Shown here piece after piece: positions 34,675 through 44,595 of a stretch of 64,000 nucleotides of DNA. This DNA comes from Azolla caroliniana (taxonomy: Eukaryota > Plantae > Polypodiophyta): contig JBHGNT010000005.1 in assembly GCA_043228905.1 (NCBI GenBank), positions 11,842,001 to 11,906,000 on the forward strand, read 5' to 3'. Positions within the stretch are counted from its first letter, which is position 1, and every line of letters begins with the position of its first letter. A program made the position numbers and the translations under genes. A model generated the notes under the pieces. That model did not search any database. It was not told the DNA's origin and saw only the letters and a list, made by a program, of their open reading frames with translations.

Positions 34675-37600
34675 AAACCTTTGGAGAACCTTTGTCAAGT
34701 ACTTTTCCTATGACAACCACAATAGCTTCTTCGACCGTTCCTGGATTATGTCCATCCCTAATATCTATCTTGTCAGACCCAAGTCTTTCATTGAGAAGGT
34801 CCGGTTTACGGAATTCTTCAGCATTCGTATCTTGACTTGGTCTCGTCCGACAATCAACATGTCATCCACGTACAGGAGCCATATCAGGAAATCTCCTCCG
34901 TCAAATTTCTTCACAAACACGCAGTGATCGGCTTGCGCCTTGTGGTACCCTTGATCCGTCATGAAGCACTCAAACTTCCGGTACCATTGACGGGGGGGCA
35001 TGCTTCAATCCGTATAAGCTCTTCTTCAGCCGGCACACCAGGTGCTCCTTCCATTTCTTCTCAAATCCTTCCGGTTGATGCATGTAGATATCTTCTTCGA
35101 GATCGCCATGTAGGAATGCCATCTTGACGTCTAGTTGCTCTACCTCGAGGTCCATGCTTGATACCGTCCGGATGGATGTCATCTTTCTTCTAATTGGAAG
35201 CCCTTCACCACGATCCAGGCCTTATACCTTGGTGGGTTTCCGGCGTCTCCCGGTTTCAGCTTCTACACCCATTTGTTCCATAGTGCCCTCTTTCCTTTGG
35301 GCAACTCCGTCAGCTCTTATGTGTGGTTCTCATGTAGGGAATCCATCTCGTCCTACATGGCACTCAACCACTTGCGGCTATGGGTGTCTTTTTTTGCTTC
35401 TTCGAAGCTTTCCGGATCTCCCTCATCGATGAGCAATACGTGCTCTGCATCCGGATATCTCCGGGGGCTCTTCTCTCTCTAAGAGGGCATCTTTGTCCTT
35501 GGCTTATGACTACCGGTTCCTCTGTTTGTTCCGAATCCGAATCCAATTCGGGATCTTGTCCGATTCTGGTGTCTTCTTCTTCTTCTTCTTCGGTCGGTTC
35601 CATTTATTGTCCGAATTAAGGCGGTTCATCGAGTGTCATCCGGTTACCGGCTAACATCCGGTTTCCAACCGGGTAAATCCTTGTGTCCTCAAACCGGTCT
35701 CCTACGATTGATCTAGAGTCTATCATTTTCTTCTCCGACTCCCAGTCGGCAATGGTCCTGTCTTCCATGAAGACTATGTCCCGACTTCGGAACACCTTCT
35801 TGTCGACCAGATCCCACACCCGGTACCCGAACTCATCATCGCCATATCCAAGGAATATGCATGGCCTGGACTTCGGATCCAGCTTTGCTCTCTTGTCCTT
35901 TGCAACATGCACATATGCGAGACACCCGAACACCTTCAGATGCCAGTAAGAAACATCTTTACCGGTCCATACTTTCTGAAATGAGTCTCCTGGGAAGGGT
36001 GTTGAGGGTGATCTGTTAATCACGTACGTTGTCTTCGTCAACGCCTCAGCCCAAAACGTCTTGGGTAACTTTGCATGTGCTCGCATGCTTCAGACTCTCT
36101 CCATTTTGGTCTGGTTCATCCGTTCGGCCATCTCGTTTAATTCCGACGTCTTCGACATGATGAATTCGAGCCGGATTCCCTTCGATCGGAAGTACTCCTT
36201 AAACTACCCCCGATATTCCCCTTCGTTATCTGCTCAAACCGCCTTCAACTTCCGGTCGGTTTCTCTTTCCACACTCGCATGGAGTTCCTTGAAGACAGAT
36301 AGCACCTGATCCTTTCTCTTCAGCGGTGAGACCCACAACTTCCGGTTGTGGTTATCTATGAACGTCACGAAGTACTGTGATCCGACATGTGACTTCAGGT
36401 CCACTTGACACACATCGGTATACACCAACTCCGGTGGTGCATTCCGTCTCATTGGTGGTCTTTCCCGGAGGGAGGTTCGGTTTTGCTTGTCAGCCAAGGA
36501 ATCGGTGCACTGCTCAAGTTGCACGTCCTTCACCGGAATGAGATTGTCTTCGGCAAGTCTTCTCATCCCCTTCTTGCTTATATGACACAATCTCTTGTGC
36601 CACAACTCACCAATAGTGTCGGATGCTACGTTCACTACTTCCCGAAATATCTGGGCATACATCAGATATAGTGTGTTGATCTTCCGGGCTCGAGCCACAA
36701 TCAGGCTTCCTTTGCTGGGACTTCATGTCTCCGTTTCGAATGCTACTCGTGTAGCCTTCATCATCTAGCCAACCGACTAATATCAGGTTCAAGCGAACCT
36801 TCGGAACGTGTTGGACATCTTTCAGCAGCAATTTGCATGCAGTTGATGTCATCAAATCCCTTCATTCCCCATCCGGACACAACCGTAATCTCCGGTTGTG
36901 TAGGATGAGAAGCACCTTCGGTCCGGTGTCAGGTGGAACGATGCTCCGGAATTGACAACCCACGTTGTCTCATCGCCGACAAGGTTTAACTCATTCTCCT
37001 CAGTAATGAGGATCAGTTCTTCTTCACTTGTCACGATTGCCGACGTTCCCTTCCTATAAGGGCCTTTCCAGTCCGAACCGTTCCAGTCCGAACCCTTTTT
37101 CGAATCAGCATTGTTGGTTCCTTTCTCTTTCCGGAAATGCTGACAGTTTTTCTGGAAGTGCCCCAGCTTCCCACAGTAGAAGGAAGTAGGCCTCCCCCTT
37201 GACTTTGACCTTGTCCCCGATTTGTCCCGGTTTTGGGAACTCTGATACCAGCCTCTTCCCCGGTTGTGGTCAACTTCCGTAACCAAGGCCTTCCGATCGG
37301 TTCCGGATTCCCGGTCCTTTCGGCGAGCCTCTTCATCTAGCAAGCTTGATTTTACCCTTGCTAGGGACAACTGCTTTCCTTTCGGCCCGGCGTTGCCCAA
37401 CGTGACAACTAACGTCTACCAACTATCCGGGAGGGAACTGAACAGGAGCAATGTGAGTACCCCATCCACGAGAGGTACTTCCAACGAGGTGGCTTGTTGT
37501 ATTAGCCCCTAGAAGGCATTCATGTGCTCCGCCATACTGTAGTTGTCTTGGTACCAGAGCCTCACTAACTTCCGGAATACACGAAACTCGATTAACGGCA

Positions 37601-38938
37601 TTTTTGTTCTAGAGCATGATGTCGATCTTCTCCCAGAGTTCATGAGCCTTACTTTCTTCATTGAAGTTGTTGTATAGGCTCATGTCGATGAAGCACCGGA
37701 TGTACGCCGCCGTCTTCATGTGCATCACCTCCCATGCCGCGGCATCGATCTTATCCAATTTCTTGTCCCCGAACTTGGTGCCTTGTGTGTTTTAGGTTGC
37801 CTTGGTTTTCTTCATGATAGATTTTATAAGGGCTTCACTAAATCAAATGGCGACATTCATGAGGACATCCATTATGAAAATAGAATAGGGATTTGTGATG
37901 ATGAGGATGTTTTACAAAAATATGTCCATTATGATGTGGGGTCACATTAAAATCATAAGGGTATAAGGAAAATCTAGAAAATGTTATTTGGGATGTGTAT
38001 GATGATGATGTTGATGTTGTGAGTATGTGTGGGAAGGATGGGATTAAGGTTGATAATATTGAGAATAATCTAGAAAATGGTATGATAGTTTGGGATGTGT
38101 ATAATGATAATGTTGATGTTGTGAGTGTGTATGGGAATGATGAGTTTAGGGTAGATGATATTGAATATGATGGTTATCTCGTGATAAATGATTCGGTGAT
38201 TAAAGATGTTGTTAACTCAAAGGATGACTATAATGATGATGTAAGTATAATTAACATTGAGGTTGTTATCATAGAAGATGATGTTGTGGTAAAATGGATG
38301 GTTATTACTTATGAAGAAGAAAGGGAAGAAGTGATTATGAGGACCACCCATGGGAAGGAAGGGAAAGATGCATTAAGATGGTGGGACGTTCAACTAAACA
38401 GAGGAGTTTGTATTGCCAACATTTCCATCTCCCATCTCAAAGAAAAGGATTGGCCAATAAGAAGAAGCACCTGGTTTTTAGATTTGGTTCGACAAGACAC
38501 ATCGGCTGCACCCCAAGAAGATTGAAGAAGAAGGTTGTCAAGATTCGAACTCTTGACACGACCATGTTATAATCTACTATTATGAGTTAACCAAGATATC
38601 TAGTACTAGTTATGTATGTAATTGTTCCTTATTATTTTACTAGCATCATGTGCATAGTTGCTCCCTTGTAGTATTTACACTTGGCACATGCATGCATACC
38701 TACATGCTCTATTGTAGATTCACATGCGTGCAACAAGTATGCATGCCATGTAGTATAAATAGAGGAGTTCACCTTGAAGGAATTCAAGGTGAACAACACC
38801 AGTTATGGAGTCTTTCCTTTAGTACTATCTTCTTTCTTGTCCATTTGGTTATCTTCTTCGTTGTCTCTTGAGTTTATGATCCGTGACAGTTTGTTCACCT
38901 TCCCATCCTCATAGCACTCCCTCTCATAAGCCATAGCT

Positions 38939-39955
38939 ATGTCTGACTCAACTAGTGAGTTAGGCCAAATAATGGTAGCCTTACGACAACTACAGCTTGA
39001 AAATGAAGCTCTTCGAAATTCTTTACAAGAACTTCAAGTCAGTACCTCCCTATCCTCACAACCCCCGAACCCTAGTCTCCCACAACAACCTAGCCTAGAG
39101 CCCGATCTTCTACCAACATCTAGCCTAGCTTCGTCACAGTTTCTTGAGCCTAAGGTTAGCCTCCCAGAAAAATTTGATGGAACGAGGTCGCGTTTCCGAG
39201 GGTTCATCAACCAAGTTCGACTTATCATTCGGCTACAACCTCAACGTTATGGAGATGGTCTTCGACAAGTCGGCCTTGTGGGCACCCTTCTCTCCGGTCC
39301 GGCCCAAGCTTGGTTTGCACCATTGGTAGAAACCTCATCACCTTTATTGGAGGACTTTCCTGCCTTCCTCGCCGAGTTAGAGGCCACATTTGGAGAGACG
39401 GACCGACGACGTACAGCTCTTAACAAGATTTATGCACTCGAACAAGGTTCACGTGCAGCTTCGGTCTATGCTTCCGAATTTCGACAACTAGCATGCGACG
39501 TCAATTGGGATGATCAAGCTTTAGCTGATCACTTTCGGCGCGGTCTTCGAAGCAATGTCAAGAATCTTCTCTTAAACTTTCCGGAGCCCACCTCGTTATC
39601 CCAAGCGATTTCATAAGCAGTCCATTGTGACAATCGTCTTTTCGAATTTCGCCAAGAAGAGCGCCGGACTTGGTTCCCACCTCATTCACTTCCACGCCAC
39701 GCCCCGGTCATACAACCCCAAGCATCCTCACACTCGCCTACTTCGGCAGATGCTCCTGTCCCCATGGAAATTGATCAAGCCCGATTTCGACCATTGACTG
39801 ATGCTGAACGACAATTTCGGCGGGCTAATGGCTTGTGCATGTATTGTGGCGCCTCCGGTCATGTCGTTCGCCATTGTCCTAGGAGTACTCGCCCACAATT
39901 CCATAGAGCTAACGGACCCCAACATCCGGAAAACGACATCGTTCGGTTGCAGTAG
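38939..39955 (+). pseudogene. gag: gag of element H (one in-frame TAA at 39614-39616)
   Basis: PEKFDGTRSRFRGF capsid motif and CMYCGASGHVVRHC zinc knuckle. Confidence 0.88.
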
Positions 39956-39960
39956 GAGCC

Positions 39961-42900
39961 ATGCAACTGGACATCTCCCGTCGCACACATTCTCTTGGTT
40001 CCATTGCCGGACCCTCAGGCAATTTCACATTGGAGGTATGGCTTTCGTTTAACTCTAGTTCCATTCAATCTGTTGCTTTACTTGATTCTCGGGCATCTTC
40101 TTGCTTCATCGACGTCGCGTTTGCCCAAGCACATGGCGTACCTGTCGTTGGCCTCTCAAAACCCATTCCAGTTGAAGCCATCGACGGGTGCGTCCTCTCG
40201 TCAGGTGCAATTACTCAAGCTACAATCCCATTAGGGCTTCGGGTGGGCTCACACCAAGAGGAGCTCACCTTTTACCTCATCGCATCTCCTCGACATCCGA
40301 TCGTCTTAGGACTAACGTGGTTGGAGGCGCACAATCCAATAGTGGATTGGTGCAACCGCTCGATCACATTTAGCAAGCCAAGATGCTCGTGCAAAAGTAT
40401 GAAGGTAAATTCAGTTTCCTATCCTTCGGAGACGGTCGACTCCGAATTGACTACCCCATCATCCGTCCAGGATGGGTTTGTTTGTGGCACCATTTCTAAC
40501 ACACTCCATGTTATTCCCGAAAAATACCAACACTTCTCCGACGTATTTGAAAAATGTAATGCTGATCGGTTGCCTGAACACCGGCTCTACGACTGTCCGA
40601 TTGATCTTCAAGAAGGTGCGTGTCCACCCTTTGGTCCTCTATATGCGTTGTCTGCACCAGAGTTGAAGGCCCTTCGTGTGTATCTTGATGAGAACCTCGA
40701 GAAAGGCTTTATTCAACCTTCTAAGTCACCAGCCGGGGCCCCCATTTTATTTGTGAAGAAGAAGGACGGCTCTCTACGCTTATGCGTCGACTACCGAGGT
40801 CTCAACAAACTCACTGTGCGCAACCGCTATCCGCTACCTCTGATCCCCGAACTCCTTGATCGGCTCCGAGTTGCGTGTGTCTTCTCCAAAGTTGATCTGC
40901 GTGGCGCGTACAATCTAGTACGCATCAAGCCGGGGGATGAATGGAAAACCGCATTTCGAACACGGTATGGGCATTTCGAATACAAGGTAATGCCTTTTGG
41001 TCTTACTAACGCTCCCGCAGTTTTTCAACATATGATGAACGATATTTTCCGGGAATATCTTGATCTTTTTGTTGTCATTTACCTCGATGATATTCTCGTT
41101 TTCTCGCCAAACATGGAGGAGCACACTCGCCAAGTCCGATTAGTTCTGGCCAAACTTCGCGAGCATGGCCTTTATGCCAAAAGCGAGAAATGCGAGTTCG
41201 ACCGTACCTCGATCGAATTTCTAGGCTACATCATCTCGCCCATTGGCATCACCATGGATATGAAGAAGGTCTCTGTCATTCAGGCGTGGGCGACTCCAAG
41301 GCGACTTAAAGATGTGCAATCCTTCCTCGGCTTTGCGAATTTTTACCGTTGCTTCATCCAGGGGTTTTCCACCCTAGCACAACCTCTTATCGCTCTCACC
41401 CATAAAGGCACTCCATTTTTATGGACCTCGGAGGCACAAAATGCGTTCGACTCACTCAAACACGCATTCATCACTGCCCCGGTGCTGCTACATGCCGACC
41501 CCACAAAACCCTTCCAAGTCGAAACCGATGCCTCTGACTTTGCCATTGGCGCCATCTTATCCCAAGCAGACGACAACAACCTAATGCACCCAGTGGCTTA
41601 CTATTCCCGAAAATTTACGGCATCTGAAATCAATTATCCCATTTACGACAAGGAGCTTGCTGCTATCATTGCTGCCTTTGAAGAATGGCGACCCTACTTG
41701 GCCGGCGCACAACATCGTGTCCAGGTAGTGACTGATCATAAAAATTTAGTTTATTTTTCCACCACTCGTACTTTGAATCGAAGGCAGGCCCGTTGGTCTA
41801 CATTTCTCGCCGACTACGATTTTGAGATCGTATTTCGACCTGGTGGCCAACATGGGAAGGCTGATGCCCTTTCTCGCCGAGCTGACCTTCCACTCCGCCC
41901 TGGGGATGCTGCTTATGCTCAACAATCTAGACGTTTGTTGAAACCCGACCAATTGCATCTATTTGCCACTTGTATGTTGCAGGATGATTCTTTACTCCAA
42001 CAAATCACTGATGCATCCAAGACTGATGCGTTCGCCAACGAGATTCGAGATAGTTTGCAAAACCCCTCCAAGGCGACCAAAAGGAAGGATCTTGACACCT
42101 TCACCATACAAGAGGGTTTGTTGTTCCGAGATCATCTCTTATACGTCCCAGAGGGCCCATGTCGCACCCGGGTGTTGCGGGAATGCCACGATGACCCACT
42201 TGCAGGTCATTTCGGGGTCGCGAAAACCCTCGAGCTAATCTCTCGGGGGTATTGGTGGCCACAACCATGGAAGCTGGTCAAAGAATACATAAAGAGTTGT
42301 GAGGTTTGTGCTCGCTCCAAAGCCATTCATCATCGGCCATATGGCTTACTACAGCCGCTTCCATGTCCTCGTCGTCCTTGGGCCTCTATCTCTATGGACC
42401 TGATAACTGATCTACCCTTGGTCAATAGCTATGACTCGGTGTTGGTCGTTGTCGATCGGTTTACGAAGATGGCTCACTTCACTCCATGCTCCAAAACCAT
42501 TTCCGGAGAAGGAATGGTGCATCTCCTACTCAACAATGTAGTACGTTTGCATGGACTCCCCGATGATGTCATCTCGGATCGCGGACCCCAGTTTGTCTCT
42601 CACTTCTGGCAGCGCCTGCTACAAACTTTAGGCATCTCTGTCAAGTTGTCCTCCGCTTATCACCCCCAAACTGACGGGCAAACGGAGCGTGTCAACCAAA
42701 TCCTTGAGCAGTATCTTCGGTGCTCGGTTAGTTACCAACAAGATGATTGGGTCAACTTACTTTCGCTCGCGGAATTCGCCTACAATAATTCACTCCATGC
42801 ATCGACTGGCGTCACTCCCTTCTTTGCCAACTACGGTTTACATCCTCGCTTCAACATTTCCCTTCCTACCACTTCCGTGAACCCTTCGGCGGAGGATCGT

Positions 42901-43308
42901 GCCCGCATTTTGGAAGAAGTACATCATGATTTATCCTTGGAGCTTAGTCTTGCTAATGAACGATACAAGAAGCAGGCTGATCGCCATCGATCTTCCACTC
43001 CACTCTTTGTCGTTGGAGACATGGTCTGGTTGTTACGTCGACACATCTCTACTACTCGTCCATGTGCGAAACTTGATTACAAGAAGTTGGGACCATTCCG
43101 TATCATCGAGTGCATCAATCCCGTCGCCTTCCGGCTCGCCCTTCCATCCCACTTCCGGATTCACGATGTTTTTCATGTCTCCCTCCTCGAACCCCATTAT
43201 GCTTCACAACTCCCAGGACGTCAAGCCCCACCACCACCACCTGTGCAATTGACGACAGGGGAGGAATACGAGGTCGACCAAATCCTTGACTCGCGTTGGC
43301 ATCGTTGA
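39961..43308 (+). CDS. pol: Pol polyprotein of element H (PR-RT-RH-INT-chromodomain), reached by -1 frameshift; premature TGA within the chromodomain
   Basis: 1115-aa ORF with LLDSRAS, YLDD, ETDASD, HHCC, SDRGPQF, QTDGQTERVN, GPF and EEYEVDQILD. It continues as YLVLWRGY..EATWE after the stop. Confidence 0.88.
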   Translation: MQLDISRRTHSLGSIAGPSGNFTLEVWLSFNSSSIQSVALLDSRASSCFIDVAFAQAHGVPVVGLSKPIPVEAIDGCVLSSGAITQATIPLGLRVGSHQEELTFYLIASPRHPIVLGLTWLEAHNPIVDWCNRSITFSKPRCSCKSMKVNSVSYPSETVDSELTTPSSVQDGFVCGTISNTLHVIPEKYQHFSDVFEKCNADRLPEHRLYDCPIDLQEGACPPFGPLYALSAPELKALRVYLDENLEKGFIQPSKSPAGAPILFVKKKDGSLRLCVDYRGLNKLTVRNRYPLPLIPELLDRLRVACVFSKVDLRGAYNLVRIKPGDEWKTAFRTRYGHFEYKVMPFGLTNAPAVFQHMMNDIFREYLDLFVVIYLDDILVFSPNMEEHTRQVRLVLAKLREHGLYAKSEKCEFDRTSIEFLGYIISPIGITMDMKKVSVIQAWATPRRLKDVQSFLGFANFYRCFIQGFSTLAQPLIALTHKGTPFLWTSEAQNAFDSLKHAFITAPVLLHADPTKPFQVETDASDFAIGAILSQADDNNLMHPVAYYSRKFTASEINYPIYDKELAAIIAAFEEWRPYLAGAQHRVQVVTDHKNLVYFSTTRTLNRRQARWSTFLADYDFEIVFRPGGQHGKADALSRRADLPLRPGDAAYAQQSRRLLKPDQLHLFATCMLQDDSLLQQITDASKTDAFANEIRDSLQNPSKATKRKDLDTFTIQEGLLFRDHLLYVPEGPCRTRVLRECHDDPLAGHFGVAKTLELISRGYWWPQPWKLVKEYIKSCEVCARSKAIHHRPYGLLQPLPCPRRPWASISMDLITDLPLVNSYDSVLVVVDRFTKMAHFTPCSKTISGEGMVHLLLNNVVRLHGLPDDVISDRGPQFVSHFWQRLLQTLGISVKLSSAYHPQTDGQTERVNQILEQYLRCSVSYQQDDWVNLLSLAEFAYNNSLHASTGVTPFFANYGLHPRFNISLPTTSVNPSAEDRARILEEVHHDLSLELSLANERYKKQADRHRSSTPLFVVGDMVWLLRRHISTTRPCAKLDYKKLGPFRIIECINPVAFRLALPSHFRIHDVFHVSLLEPHYASQLPGRQAPPPPPVQLTTGEEYEVDQILDSRWHR

Positions 43309-44595
43309 CACTTGCAATACCTCGTCCTATGGAGGGGTTACCCCATGTCTGAGGCCACATGGGAACCATCGGAAAATTTACAAAATGCCCCAGAGGTCAT
43401 CCAAGATTTTCATCACCGATATCCCCACAAACCAGCAGCCGATTTGGGAAGGCGGCGGCGTAAGAGGGGGGATAATGTCAAGATTCGAACTCTTGACACG
43501 ACCATGTTATAATCTACTATTATGAGTTAACCAAGATATCTAGTACTAGTTATGTATGTAATTGTTCCTTATTATTTTGCTAGCATCATGTGCATAGTTG
43601 CTCCCTTGTAGTATTTACACTTGGCACATGCATGCATACCTACATGCTCTATTGTAGATTCACATGCGTGCAACAAGTATGCATGCCATGTAGTATAAAT
43701 AGAGGAGTTCACCTTGAAGGAATTCAAGGTGAACAACACTAGTTATGGAGTCTTTCCTTTAGTACTATCTTCTTTCTTGTCCATTTGGTTATCTTCTTCG
43801 TTGTCTCTTGAGTTTATGATCCGTGACAAAGGTTGGGTATTGATCTATGACAACATCCTTGACAAACCAACACCAAGAAAATTGCAAGGTGGTTCAGACC
43901 ATATGTGGTGACGAGTGCTAAACGCCACCTACCACCTCGCGGAGCTTGATGGATCAAGGTTGGCCATACCCATTGCGAGGAAAAGATCTTCAAGAAAAGA
44001 CAAGTTGAGGGTCCTTACCTCAATGACCTCAACAATGACGATAGTAAGGGGGAACCCACAAACGTGAGCGAGGTCAACAAGGACATCGAGGAAATTGATT
44101 GATCACTGTAGCCGAAATCTCACATTCTCTTCTTGGCACGTATCGGAGGACGTGCGGTTTGGTGGGGGTGGATGTCGTGAAGATTTTCGGCAACGGTGTG
44201 AAAATCGCGTGAAAAGGAAAATGAGAAGGTGCAATGTGCACACAATGAAAGGGGCAATCATCCTAGGTACTGAACCAAGCAATTAGTAATGAAAAATCTA
44301 GTTATCCTATTGGTGATGTATCTTGTCTCTCAAAATTTAAGTTAAGGGTTCAATATTAGAATTGGAATCTCCGTATCTACCTATCGAATTATCTATCTAT
44401 CTATCTTCAATATTTTCTCGCGTACGCTAGTAAAACATCGAGTCCTTGCGGTTCAGGACCTCAACAATCCCACTTCATTATCTTGAACAATCATTTCGGT
44501 CCTCCAATACCACTTGCGGATAGAGGTCTGGTGTTTGTCCGCGCACGTGTGACACGCACATCATCACTTTTGGCACGTGTGTCACACGCCACACG

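Larger units (their letters stand above)
25748..37775 (-). mobile_element. Copia of the element A family (element E), 5'-truncated; 3' LTR 25748-26305; interrupted by a chromovirus and a solo LTR
   Basis: LTR homologous to 24480-24976 in reverse orientation, with PPT. RH at 26318-26681, RT at 33689-34076 and 34675-35450, INT/PR/gag at 35616-37775. Confidence 0.88.
38536..43828 (+). mobile_element. Young full-length Tcn1-like chromovirus (element H); 353-bp LTRs 38536-38888 and 43476-43828; TSD AAGGT
   Basis: LTRs differ at 2 positions by eye. Perfect TSD at 38531-38535 and 43829-43833, and PPT aagaggggggataa. Confidence 0.96.
38460..44466 (+). mobile_element. 3' remnant of an element C-related Gypsy: integrase tail, PPT and 3' LTR 44173-44466; interrupted by element H
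   Basis: WVLIYDN, RWFRPYVV and TYHLAELDG fragments. PPT gtttggtgggggtgga is followed by TGTCGTG...TCAACA. Confidence 0.65.
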
